This document shows positions 18,794 through 28,239 of a stretch of 32,000 nt of DNA, one piece after another. The translations under genes were made by a program, and so were the position numbers. The notes below the pieces were generated by a model. That model ran no database searches and was not told the DNA's origin. It worked only from the letters and a program-made list of their open reading frames with translations. Origin of the DNA: Coprobacillaceae bacterium (GTDB lineage Bacteria > Bacillota_I > Bacilli_A > Erysipelotrichales > Coprobacillaceae); contig OY776328.1 of assembly GCA_963675515.1 (NCBI GenBank), positions 1,020,001 to 1,052,000 on the forward strand, in the 5' to 3' direction. The first letter of the stretch is position 1. Every line of letters begins with the position of its first letter.

Positions 18794-19681
18794 CTATTCT
18801 TGGATTGTGGCTGTCTGCTGGAAAACGTGTAGGAAATGTTCGCATTCCTTGGGGAAAACCTGATACTTTTTGTAGATAAGATAGTGGTTGGTGAACAGGT
18901 CGGGAAAAAACGGCACAAACTTCAGGCCCGGGATAGCCAGGTGGTTGCTATGGCTTTCAAGACCAAATGCGTATCCGCCTCCCTGAGCGACGATCAAGGC
19001 CGCATTGTAGATGGTGTTGTAGGTGTTATTTATGCTAAAACCCCGGAAGTTGCCGCCAAGCCAGCCGGCTAATTCGTTTTTTATCATCTCCTGGTCCGGG
19101 CATATCACCTCGAAGCTATTGATTTCATGGGACTGGATATGTCTATTGGCCCCCAGGGGATTGTCTTCTTTGACAAGCAGACCCCAGCGGTCATGGACCG
19201 GCAGTTTCAAGAAGTCGAACTTGGCCAGGTTGACCGGGTCGAGCACCAGCCCGAAATCAAGCAAGCCCGACTCCAGGCGGTCGCAGATATCCTGGACGTT
19301 GCCTGAGAACAGATGGAAATGGATCTGGGGATGATCTTTCTGAATGGCTGTGATGACCTTTGCGAGCAGTGCGGACGCCGCCGTTTCACTCGCTCCGATA
19401 TGGATGTCGCCCGAGAGTACATCGGGATTGCTTTTCATCATCTCCTCGGTCTTGTTAACCAAAAACAGGATCTGCTGCGCCTGTTTTTTTAGCAGCAGTC
19501 CGTCATCGGTCAAAATGATCTCGCGATTGGTCCGGATAAAAAGTTGCCGGTCGAACTCTTCTTCGAGTTCCTTCATCTGTCTTGACAATGTCGGCTGGGT
19601 GATATGGAGTTTCTTGGCGGCATTGACAATCGTCTTTTCCTGGGCGATTGTCAGAAAGTAGCGCAGTGTCCTTAGTTCCAT
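18794..19681 (-). CDS. LysR-family transcriptional regulator
   Basis: N-terminal HTH MELRTLRYFLTIAQEKTIVNAAKKLHITQPTLSRQMKELEEEF, followed by a periplasmic-binding-protein-like effector domain. Confidence 0.88.
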   Translation of the reverse strand: MELRTLRYFLTIAQEKTIVNAAKKLHITQPTLSRQMKELEEEFDRQLFIRTNREIILTDDGLLLKKQAQQILFLVNKTEEMMKSNPDVLSGDIHIGASETAASALLAKVITAIQKDHPQIHFHLFSGNVQDICDRLESGLLDFGLVLDPVNLAKFDFLKLPVHDRWGLLVKEDNPLGANRHIQSHEINSFEVICPDQEMIKNELAGWLGGNFRGFSINNTYNTIYNAALIVAQGGGYAFGLESHSNHLAIPGLKFVPFFPDLFTNHYLIYKKYQVFPKECEHFLHVFQQTATIQE

Positions 19682-19880
19682 GGGGATATCTCCGTTTCGT
19701 TGTATGATCGTGGCTGAACATATTTTATCATTGATCGCCGGGCCAATGCAAACTCACAAAATAAATATTTATCGATAAAACACTTGACTTAAAGCTAACT
19801 TTAAGGTTTAAAATCGTGGTGGTAACCTATCGTGCAGGTGTTCGATGGTTTGCCTGCGTGATGGAATTGAAGGAGGAACT

Positions 19881-20762
19881 ATGGAAACAATCAAAAACAA
19901 AAATTTGACCGGAGAGCGGGCCTTGTTTGCCAGTGACGGTCTGAATATCGAGCAGTGCATCTTTGAAAACGGCGAGTCGCCCCTTAAGGAAAGTGGCAAC
20001 CTGAACATATCGCAAAGCATCTTCAAGTGGAAATACCCATTGTGGTACGCCCATGATGTGAAGGTGGCCAATTCGACTTTTATGGAAACGGCGCGCTCAG
20101 GCATCTGGTATACCCGCAATATCGATATCGTCAACAGCGTTATCGAGGCGCCCAAGACATTCAGGCGTTCTTCGAACATTGCCCTGTCAAATGTCACTTT
20201 GCCATTGGCCCAGGAAACCCTGTGGCAATGCGATGACATCAGGCTTGAAAACGTGACAGCCCGCGGTGATTATTTTGCGATGAACAGCACGGACATCACT
20301 GCCGCCAATCTGAAGCTTACCGGAAACTACAGCTTTGATGGTTGCACCAACGTTACAGTCGAAAATTCAACGCTGCTGTCGAAGGATGCCTTCTGGAACT
20401 GCGAGAATGTGACAGTGAAAAATTCGACCATCATCGGGGAATATCTGGGATGGAATTCGAAAAACCTGACTTTCATCGACTGCACCATCTCGAGCCTGCA
20501 GGGTCTTTGTTACATCGAGAACCTGAAGATGGTGAACTGCAAGCTGCTTGATACGACTTTGGCTCTCGAATACTCGAGTGTTGATATCGAGGTTGAAGGA
20601 ATGATCGAGAGCGTCGTTAATCCGATCAGCGGAATTATCAGATGCCAGGGCATCAAAGAGCTGATCATGGATGAAAGCAAGATCGATCCATCCAAGACCC
20701 AGATAATAATCGATGAGTTTCATCCAGGTGACACCACTCCGGTGGATATCGCCTGCAGCTAG
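19881..20762 (+). CDS. DUF3737-family protein (predicted right-handed beta-helix, function unknown)
   Basis: Start at ATG 19881 (RBS GAAGGAGG). LTGERALF...IEQCIF.NGESPLKES...WKYPLWY and repeated N-[VL]-T/N-S-T turns every 20-25 residues. Confidence 0.7.
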   Translation: METIKNKNLTGERALFASDGLNIEQCIFENGESPLKESGNLNISQSIFKWKYPLWYAHDVKVANSTFMETARSGIWYTRNIDIVNSVIEAPKTFRRSSNIALSNVTLPLAQETLWQCDDIRLENVTARGDYFAMNSTDITAANLKLTGNYSFDGCTNVTVENSTLLSKDAFWNCENVTVKNSTIIGEYLGWNSKNLTFIDCTISSLQGLCYIENLKMVNCKLLDTTLALEYSSVDIEVEGMIESVVNPISGIIRCQGIKELIMDESKIDPSKTQIIIDEFHPGDTTPVDIACS

Positions 20763-20772
20763 GGAGGATATC

Positions 20773-21936
20773 ATGAGCGAATTTGACAAATTGACAAACC
20801 GGACCGCTACCGGTTCGTACAAATGGGATGTCAAGGAAAACGAGCTGCCGATGTGGGTGGCGGATATGGATTTCCAAACCGCTCCGGCGATTATCGAAGC
20901 GCTCCAAAAACGGGCAGCCCATGGCATATTTGGCTACAATATCGTAACGGACGACTTCTTTGCCAGTTATCAGGACTGGTGGTTAAAACGGCATGACTTC
21001 CTTGTCAAGAAGGAATGGATGATCTTCTGTACCGGGGTCGTACCGGCCATTTCATCGATTGTCCGCAAAATGACGACTGTGGGTGAGAATGTCCTGATCC
21101 AATCACCGGTCTACAACATCTTCTACAACTCGATTGTAAACAACGGGCGCAATGTCCTGTCGAGTGATCTGGAATACAGGGATGGCGGTTACCATATCAA
21201 TTTCGACGATCTTGAAGAGAAGCTTGCGATGAAACAGACAACCCTGATGATCTTATGCAATCCCCACAATCCAATCGGGAAGATCTGGGACATAGAAACA
21301 TTGAGAATGATCGGCGACCTTTGCGCGAAGCATCATGTGCTTGTGGTATCCGATGAGATCCACTGCGACATCACAACACCCCATAAAAAGTACACTCCTT
21401 TTGCGAGTGTCAGTGAGACCAACCTCAACAATTCAATCACCCTGATCGCCCCGACCAAGGCGTTCAACCTGGCGGGACTTCAGACTTCCTGCATCGTGGT
21501 GGCTGACGAGTATATCCGCCATAAGGTCAACCGGGGCATCAATACTGATGAGGTGGCTGAACCAAACAGCTTCGCAGTTACCGCCACCGTTGCAGCATTC
21601 GAACAGGGTGGCGAATGGCTAAAGGAGATGAACTGGTACGTGGCTTCAAACAAGGAACTCGCAATCAGCTTCATCGAAAAGAACCTTCCTGAAATCCAGG
21701 TTGTCAAAAGCGAGGCAACCTACCTGATGTGGCTTGACTGTTCAAACATCACGACAGACAGCGAAAACCTGGTCGAATTCATCCAGGAGCATACCGGACT
21801 GATTCTAAGTTCAGGTCAGGAATATGGCCCAAACGGGGCCGGATTTGTGAGGATGAATGTGGCCTGTGCCAGGGAGCGACTCGTTGATGGGCTGGGCCGC
21901 CTGGAAAAAGGGATCAAGGATTTTAAAACTGAATAG
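20773..21936 (+). CDS. MalY/PatB-family PLP-dependent C-S lyase (cystathionine beta-lyase-like aminotransferase fold)
   Basis: Start at ATG 20773 (RBS AGGGAGGA). TNRTATGSYKWD N-terminus, CNPHNPIG, VSDEIHCD and the PLP-Lys context APTKAFNLAGLQ. Confidence 0.88.
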   Translation: MSEFDKLTNRTATGSYKWDVKENELPMWVADMDFQTAPAIIEALQKRAAHGIFGYNIVTDDFFASYQDWWLKRHDFLVKKEWMIFCTGVVPAISSIVRKMTTVGENVLIQSPVYNIFYNSIVNNGRNVLSSDLEYRDGGYHINFDDLEEKLAMKQTTLMILCNPHNPIGKIWDIETLRMIGDLCAKHHVLVVSDEIHCDITTPHKKYTPFASVSETNLNNSITLIAPTKAFNLAGLQTSCIVVADEYIRHKVNRGINTDEVAEPNSFAVTATVAAFEQGGEWLKEMNWYVASNKELAISFIEKNLPEIQVVKSEATYLMWLDCSNITTDSENLVEFIQEHTGLILSSGQEYGPNGAGFVRMNVACARERLVDGLGRLEKGIKDFKTE

Positions 21937-21943
21937 AAATGTG

Positions 21944-21971
21944 AAAACAGCCATCTTATAGTGGCTGTTTT
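21944..21971. terminator. Bidirectional terminator between the convergent C-S lyase and AraC genes
   Basis: AAAACAGCCA-tcttatag-TGGCTGTTTT. The stop codon of the minus-strand AraC gene lies in the loop. Confidence 0.7.
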
Positions 21972-22954
21972 TCAATGGAAAATCGGTCGCGGTATTGTTT
22001 GGGGGTGCAGTTGTAGCTTTCTTTGAACTTCCGGTAGAAGAAATTGATATTGTTGTAGCCGCATTCCTGGGCCACCTGAAAGATGGAATCGGTCGTGTTG
22101 ACAAGCAGTTTTGCGCTGTGATCAAGCCGCAATTTGATGACAATGTCCTTGAATGACTTGCCAAAGTTCTTCTTAAGCAAGGTTGTCAAATAGCAGGGGT
22201 TGACATGCACGTGGGCTGCGGTCTGTTCCAGAGTGCATATTCTAAAGTTGGTTTCCATGAACCGCATGGCCTTGATCAATACCGAGTTGGAGCGGGAAAC
22301 CGAGTTCAAATCCAGGTTGTTCTCGAGATTGTTGCTTATTTCCAGGATAATCAGGAAAAACAGGTTGTTTATGATTTCCTGGGCGTTGAGGGATGGCTGG
22401 TAGTATTCAAGCAGAAGTTCCTGCAAGAAAAACTGGATCCGGTAATTGTTCTGGGTATTGAATACCAGATAATTGAGGCTCTGGTTGCCTGAAGAGATGG
22501 CGTTTAGAAAAAAGCTGGTGATCAGATTGTTCTCGCTCACCCGGGAAAAGAAACCACTATTAAGGAACTGCTTGGAGACGATGATATTGATCAGAATATC
22601 GTCCTCGCCGGTATAGCCGATCGAATGGGGGGTCCTGGTGTCGATGAAGGTCATCTGGCCCTTTTTCAGGTTTATCAGATGGCCGCCGATTGTCTGGACG
22701 CAGCTGCCAGAAAACATGTAATTGAGTTCCACATAATCATGGACATGCCGGGGAACCGGGGCAAATCGTTCGTTCTTGATCACAAGCAAGGAATGTTCGG
22801 GGATGTAAGGGGTCAATTCGAATGTATATATTTTCTCGTTATTTTGGCCCAAATAATAGTCAATTCCCGCGTAATCGCGGCCTTCGTTACGGAGATGCCT
22901 GGTCTCCGATTCGCTTTGTTTTATCAATATATTTTTAAGTTTTTCGTTTTCCAT
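21956..22954 (-). CDS. AraC-family transcriptional regulator (cupin-like sensor domain plus double HTH)
   Basis: N-terminal cupin pattern RFAPVPRHVHDYVELNYMFSG...PHSI. C-terminal AraC HTH (VAQECGYNNINFFYRKFKESYNCTPKQYR). Confidence 0.88.
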   Translation of the reverse strand: MENEKLKNILIKQSESETRHLRNEGRDYAGIDYYLGQNNEKIYTFELTPYIPEHSLLVIKNERFAPVPRHVHDYVELNYMFSGSCVQTIGGHLINLKKGQMTFIDTRTPHSIGYTGEDDILINIIVSKQFLNSGFFSRVSENNLITSFFLNAISSGNQSLNYLVFNTQNNYRIQFFLQELLLEYYQPSLNAQEIINNLFFLIILEISNNLENNLDLNSVSRSNSVLIKAMRFMETNFRICTLEQTAAHVHVNPCYLTTLLKKNFGKSFKDIVIKLRLDHSAKLLVNTTDSIFQVAQECGYNNINFFYRKFKESYNCTPKQYRDRFSIEKQPL

Positions 22955-23074
22955 ATTATCACCTGACTGTATTATACAATCTAAAGTTTGGTTAGTAAAG
23001 CTGTAAAATACCGATATTTATCTGGCGGCGCCACAATAGTACAATTAGGATAGCTAAGAAGGAAGGAGTAAACC

Positions 23075-24082
23075 ATGATTGATCTGAACATTATCGAGAA
23101 ACTGGTCTATTTCACCGATGAGGAAATAGACAATCTCAATGGTAAATCGAAAATCGACCGGAGCATATTTTTAAATGGCTTTGCCGATGTGATCGACTGC
23201 AACAAGATCCTGAATAAAGACGAGCAGTTTGCAATCCGAAAGCATGCCCGGTTTGCCGCTTATCCCAAACATCGCCATAACTATCTCGAACTCATGTATG
23301 TGTATTCGGGAACGATGACCAATGTGATCGACAACCAAAAGGTTGTGGTAAGCGAAGGGGATCTGATTTTTCTCAATCAGAATGTGGCTCATGAGATCGA
23401 ATCAACCAATGAAAATGACATAGTGTTCAACTTCATCATCAAGCCGGAGTTTCTTGAATTTGTCTCATCATTGAACGGCCAGAGCAACGAAGTGTTTGCG
23501 TTTTTGATTGAATCGCTCTACTCAAGTGCCAGAAACGGCGAGTATTTTGTTTTCAGGCTTCAAAACAGCAAATTGATCAAGAATTACATAGATGATATAG
23601 TCACCACGCATTACCTCAAACCGGTAAATCATAAAAGCAAGTTGAAACTACTGATGGGATTGCTGCTTGTGGAGCTTGCCAGTTCGACCGATTATATCGT
23701 CAACCGGACTGACAATTGTGATCAGACAGAGATTATGGAAAAAGTATACCATTACATCAAATACTGCTACACTGAGGGCTCATTGCAGTCGTTGGCGGAA
23801 AGCCTTGATCTTAGCGACTATTGTTTGAGCAGGATCATCAAGAAACAGACCAATCACACTTTCAAACAGCTCATCCAGCAACAGCGACTCAAACAGGCCA
23901 TCACCCTTTTGGAATCCACCCATCTTCCGGTGGCGGAAATAGTGTGTGAAGTGGGGTATGAGAACATTACCCATTTCTATCGGATCTTCAAGTCGGCCTA
24001 CAAATACACCCCGAGCGTTTACCGGGAACATTACCTCGGTGCAAAAAATGATAGGGTATCAACAAGCCACGACATAGTATGA
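23075..24082 (+). CDS. AraC-family transcriptional regulator, paralog of the divergent neighbour
   Basis: Same architecture as the neighbour: RFAAYPKHRHNYLELMYVYSG...AHEI cupin part and VCEVGYENITHFYRIFKSAYKYTPSVYR HTH part. Confidence 0.88.
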   Translation: MIDLNIIEKLVYFTDEEIDNLNGKSKIDRSIFLNGFADVIDCNKILNKDEQFAIRKHARFAAYPKHRHNYLELMYVYSGTMTNVIDNQKVVVSEGDLIFLNQNVAHEIESTNENDIVFNFIIKPEFLEFVSSLNGQSNEVFAFLIESLYSSARNGEYFVFRLQNSKLIKNYIDDIVTTHYLKPVNHKSKLKLLMGLLLVELASSTDYIVNRTDNCDQTEIMEKVYHYIKYCYTEGSLQSLAESLDLSDYCLSRIIKKQTNHTFKQLIQQQRLKQAITLLESTHLPVAEIVCEVGYENITHFYRIFKSAYKYTPSVYREHYLGAKNDRVSTSHDIV

Positions 24083-24137
24083 AAGGGTTTGCTTTGGTAA
24101 GATTAAGGTGTCTTAAAAATACAGGGAGGAAATATTT

Positions 24138-25439
24138 ATGGACAAAATAGAGAGGATTCTAGGCCCGATCGCCAACGGGCTGAATCGAAACAAAATCATT
24201 CAATCAGTAATGAAGGCGCTGATGTCATTGATGCCGGCATTGATGATGGGGGCTTTGGGATCATTGGCGCAGCAAATTCCAATCGCCGGATATCAAAGCT
24301 TCATCCACAGTAATGGAATCTATGCCTTCACCCAGGTTTTGGTCAATGTCACAACCAATATGCTGGCATTGTATGCCGTATTTGCGATCGGCTATGTCTT
24401 CGTGAAAGAAGAGGGATATGACGGTTTCACCGGAGGGATCCTGTCGCTGGTGGCATTCATGCTTGTCACTCCGATGGATACCGTTGGTGAAGGGTGGTTT
24501 GCGATAACTAGTGTGCCGCTAAGCTGGCTTGGTGCAAGAGGGTTGTTCTCGGCCATGATCGTGGCGCTGCTTACCGGTTATGTCTACTGCTTCTTGATGA
24601 GAAAAAACATCACAATCAAAATGCCTGAAGGGGTGCCACCCTTTGTGGCCAAGTCATTTACTGGGATCATTCCCGGATTGGTCATTGCGGTGATCTTCGG
24701 GATAATCACATTTGTCTTCAAATCTACTTCTTATGGCAACATGCATCAGGCGGTTTACAGCCTGATCGGGGCACCGTTATCGACAATCGGCGGATCAGTC
24801 TGGGCGGCCATGTTCATCTATGTGCTGACTGGACTATGCTGGTTCTTCGGGATCCATGGGATTGCGGTTATCAGTGCGGTAATGCCGATCTGGATAACGG
24901 CCGATGCGGCCAATGTGGCGGCAATATCGGCAGGTATTGGTGCAACGAATATCGTAACCTACAACTGGATCCAGGCGGTAGCCAATATCGGTGGGGCCGG
25001 GTGCACTCTTGGTCTGATAATCTTATGTACCTTCAGGGCAAAAAGTGCCCGCTACAAGGAAATCGGAAAGATCGCGATCGTTCCTTCGTTCTTTGGAATC
25101 AATGAACCGGTCGTGTTCGGTCTGCCTTGCATGCTTAATGCGACCCTGGCGATTCCATTCATCTTCCTGCCGGTGGTTTTGATCGGCTTGTCGTATCTGC
25201 TTACGATTGCAGGGATATTGCCAATTGGTAACGGTATTGCCGCGGGCGCTGCCATTCCGGTATTCTCTGGCCTTCTTATTGGCGGATGGCGTGTCGCTGT
25301 GTGGAACATCGTAGAGGTGTTTATCACCATTGCGGTCTACTACCCATTCTTCAGGATCATCGACAAACAGGCGGTCAAGGAAGAATCCCACGCAGGGCAG
25401 ACAAGCGAAGAAATACAAGGACAAGAGAAAATAGCCTAG
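24138..25439 (+). CDS. PTS EIIC component, lactose/cellobiose (Lac) family, with no adjacent EIIA or EIIB
   Basis: RBS GGGAGGA. 433 aa, about 10 transmembrane helices. N-terminus ...LGPIANGLNRNKIIQSVMKALMSLMPALMMGALGSL and the GINEPVVFGLP motif are typical of CelB/LicC-type EIIC. Confidence 0.85.
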   Translation: MDKIERILGPIANGLNRNKIIQSVMKALMSLMPALMMGALGSLAQQIPIAGYQSFIHSNGIYAFTQVLVNVTTNMLALYAVFAIGYVFVKEEGYDGFTGGILSLVAFMLVTPMDTVGEGWFAITSVPLSWLGARGLFSAMIVALLTGYVYCFLMRKNITIKMPEGVPPFVAKSFTGIIPGLVIAVIFGIITFVFKSTSYGNMHQAVYSLIGAPLSTIGGSVWAAMFIYVLTGLCWFFGIHGIAVISAVMPIWITADAANVAAISAGIGATNIVTYNWIQAVANIGGAGCTLGLIILCTFRAKSARYKEIGKIAIVPSFFGINEPVVFGLPCMLNATLAIPFIFLPVVLIGLSYLLTIAGILPIGNGIAAGAAIPVFSGLLIGGWRVAVWNIVEVFITIAVYYPFFRIIDKQAVKEESHAGQTSEEIQGQEKIA

Positions 25440-25517
25440 GGCTATTTTTTCACTAATGATAGATGTTGCGTCGGACTTTAATTTACACTTGATGCAGCCA
25501 TTTGAAGGGAGCAACAA

Positions 25518-28058
25518 ATGAAAAAAATAGATGAGAACCTGTCGAACAAAAACGGCCACTACCTTTATCCGTTTTTCTGGCAACATGGTGAAAGCAGCGA
25601 AAAGATAGAAGAATACATGGACAAGATGCTCGAACAGGGCATATTCAATGTCTGCATCGAGTCAAGGCCCCATCCCGACTTTCTGGGCCCGGGCTGGTGG
25701 AAAACAATGGATGGGATAGTCGCTAAGGCGAAAAAGCGCGGCATGAAGATCTGGATCCTTGACGATGCCAAATTTCCGACCGGTTACGCCAACGGAAAGG
25801 TGCCTGATTCATTGAAGAAAAGATATATCAATATCCGCCGCTTTGATGTCGTGGGTCCCAATCGTCATGGGCAGCTGGATTTAAGAATGCTTGTCGACAT
25901 GCGCGAATACGGTAAGGATTCCCGTCATAAAGATGATGAGTTCTTCAAAGCCTTTATCGCACGCAATGATTTGAGTCAAAAGGATGCGTTTTTTGAAGAC
26001 AGCCTGAAAGACATCACCTCAAGTTACCAGGATGGCTACTTGAATTTCGAGCTCGGCAGCGACCACTACAGCATCTTTGTGATATATAAGACGACTTGTG
26101 GCCAGGAAGCGGCGACCAGTGACTATCTCGATCCTACCCTGAAGGAAGCTACAGATGTTCTGATCAACGAGGTTTATGAAAAGCACTTTGACCGCTATCA
26201 AGATGAATTTGGCAAGACGATAGTCGGATTCTTCTCCGATGAACCCCGGTTCGGGAATATCAAGGGACCTGATTCGATCATTGGCAAGACCATGATGCCA
26301 TTGCCATACAATGATCTGGTTGAAAGCGAGCTCGCAAAGCAATCAGGAAATAATTGGGTCAATCTGGTCTTCCTGTTTTATGGCCAGGGCGATATGGCCG
26401 GTGCGATGAGGTTTAGCTATATGGATGTCGTGTCGAACCTTTATCAGGAGAACTTCTCGAAGCATCTGGGCAACTGGTGCCAAAATCATGGTGTCGAATA
26501 TGTAGGCCATGTGATCGAGGATAACAATGCCCATGCCAGGCTCGGATACGGTCCGGGGCATTATTTCCGGGCTGTGGCCGGACAGGATATGGCCGGAATC
26601 GACATCATCGGCGGGCAGGTTGTGCCCGGCATGGATTATTTCCATGAAGCATTCTCGACCGGAGGCAGCGATGGGGAGTTCTACCATTATGCCCTGGCCA
26701 ATATGGGGGCATCGTGCGCCAAACTGGACCCCAAGAAAAAAGGCCGGCTGATGTGCGAAGCATATGGGGCTTACGGCTGGATCGAGGGATTGAAAATGAT
26801 GAAATGGATATCCGACCATATGATCAGCCACGGGGTCAACGTGATTGTGCCCCATGCCTTCAGCCCCAAGGAATTTCCCGACTGGGATTGCCCGCCCCAC
26901 TTCTATGCCCATGGCAATAATCCCCAATATCCCTATTTCCATAATCTGACTGGTTATCTCGATCGGCTTTGCCATCTGTTCAGCGATGGCCATAAGTGCT
27001 CCAAGGTCGGCGTATTGTATCATGGCTTTGGGGAATGGTCGGGCGAAGCGATGCTGATGCAAAAAGTTCTAAAGCAGTTGCAGCAAAGACAGATCAGCGC
27101 GGATATAATCAGCGAGGATTATCTCCTTGAAGCGAACATGCGACCAGGCTCTTACCGCATCAACAATTTCGATTATGAAGTCCTGGTTGTCCCATATGCC
27201 CAAAGGCTGCCAAAGTCCTTGCTTGAAACAATCAGGGAGCTGGCCAGCCATGTTCCGGTCTATTTTGTCGACGGCTATCCGGAGGGCTTTGGCTGCGATA
27301 AAACGGCACTGATCGGACTGGAAGATCTGGCAATCCAGTTGCACAAATATCAGGATATAGAAACTTCAAGCCCGGAGCCACATCTTGTCTGTTACAAATA
27401 CCAGCAGGCCGATGGGCTTAGCTATTTCCTGACCAACGAAAGTGTCACCAAAACAATCGCAACTACAGTGTCAGTGGCGGGGAATGCGAAATTTGCCTGC
27501 TACGATCCAATGGCCAATGAATTGTATCATCTAGAAGGGGAAACCAACCCGAATGGCTTGGAGTTCGAACTGAAACTTGAACCATATCAGTCACTGGTAC
27601 TGGTGGAAGTGGAATCAAATCTGACCAAACCTGAAAAGGGCCGGCTTATTCAATCGGTCAATGAGGCAAAAATCTCATTGAAAGGCTTTGATCAGGATGA
27701 ATATCAGTTAATCGATGGCAACAGCTTTTCGGATTATCTAGGCATACGATATCCCGACTTCAGTGGTTCCATCAGATACGAATTCGAACTGGATCTGGCA
27801 AAACCGGAAGCTATCCTGGAACTCGAGGAGGCCTATGAAACGATAACTATAATGGTTAATGGCAAAGAGGTGACCACTTCAATTGCTCCGCCATACCGGT
27901 TTGATTTGAGCGGATTTCTAAATCCGGGTAAAAACGTCATTGCGATTGTCGCAACCAACACCATCTACCGGAATCAGCGGGATTCGTTTTCTTCGTATTA
28001 TGCCTGTGAGCCGCTGGGCATAATCGGACCAGTGAAGATATTCGAGCGGATTGGATAA
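25518..28058 (+). CDS. Large cytoplasmic glycoside-hydrolase-like protein (TIM-barrel-like N-terminal region plus C-terminal jelly-roll domain); family and specificity unknown
   Basis: 846 aa, no signal peptide. YPFFWQHGE..., WILDDAKFPTGY, GFFSDEPRFGN and CEAYGAYGW acidic motifs. C-terminal GSIRYEFELDL...ITIMVNGKEV...PPYRFDLSGFLNPGKNVIAIVATN resembles the galactose-binding-like jelly roll of GH2- and GH106-type enzymes. Confidence 0.6.
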   Translation: MKKIDENLSNKNGHYLYPFFWQHGESSEKIEEYMDKMLEQGIFNVCIESRPHPDFLGPGWWKTMDGIVAKAKKRGMKIWILDDAKFPTGYANGKVPDSLKKRYINIRRFDVVGPNRHGQLDLRMLVDMREYGKDSRHKDDEFFKAFIARNDLSQKDAFFEDSLKDITSSYQDGYLNFELGSDHYSIFVIYKTTCGQEAATSDYLDPTLKEATDVLINEVYEKHFDRYQDEFGKTIVGFFSDEPRFGNIKGPDSIIGKTMMPLPYNDLVESELAKQSGNNWVNLVFLFYGQGDMAGAMRFSYMDVVSNLYQENFSKHLGNWCQNHGVEYVGHVIEDNNAHARLGYGPGHYFRAVAGQDMAGIDIIGGQVVPGMDYFHEAFSTGGSDGEFYHYALANMGASCAKLDPKKKGRLMCEAYGAYGWIEGLKMMKWISDHMISHGVNVIVPHAFSPKEFPDWDCPPHFYAHGNNPQYPYFHNLTGYLDRLCHLFSDGHKCSKVGVLYHGFGEWSGEAMLMQKVLKQLQQRQISADIISEDYLLEANMRPGSYRINNFDYEVLVVPYAQRLPKSLLETIRELASHVPVYFVDGYPEGFGCDKTALIGLEDLAIQLHKYQDIETSSPEPHLVCYKYQQADGLSYFLTNESVTKTIATTVSVAGNAKFACYDPMANELYHLEGETNPNGLEFELKLEPYQSLVLVEVESNLTKPEKGRLIQSVNEAKISLKGFDQDEYQLIDGNSFSDYLGIRYPDFSGSIRYEFELDLAKPEAILELEEAYETITIMVNGKEVTTSIAPPYRFDLSGFLNPGKNVIAIVATNTIYRNQRDSFSSYYACEPLGIIGPVKIFERIG

Positions 28059-28157
28059 TAATTGAATCGAAATTAGCTATATCCTAGTTCAGACTGGAAC
28101 ATTTAAATTTCACAATTTTAACTCGTGCCTGATATTCGGGCGAATATCTTCACTTTT

Positions 28158-28186
28158 AAGCCGCAAACATTGTTTGTGGCTTTTAA
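28158..28186 (+). terminator. Intrinsic terminator after the hydrolase-like gene
   Basis: AAGCCGCAA ... TTGTGGCTT hairpin (one G:U pair) followed by TTTAACTTTT. Confidence 0.6.
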
Positions 28187-28239
28187 CTTTTCTCTATTAA
28201 TAGTATAATTTCCTTATAACAAAAAGCGAGGGAAACGTA

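Noticed and set aside
5619-20772. N-terminal extensions in the ORF track (starts at 5619, 6227, 6969, 10488, 15215, 15694, 16550, 17659, 19845 and 20713).
   Set aside because: In each case an internal ATG preceded by a good RBS matches the expected family N-terminus. The extension overlaps the upstream gene, a terminator or the riboswitch.
25428-25452. Hairpin AAAATAGCC-tag-GGCTATTTT at the EIIC stop codon as a full terminator separating EIIC from the hydrolase gene.
   Set aside because: It has a short A/U-rich stem with a 3-nt loop, so at most it is a weak attenuator. I kept the two genes as one probable operon but flagged the uncertainty in the finding.
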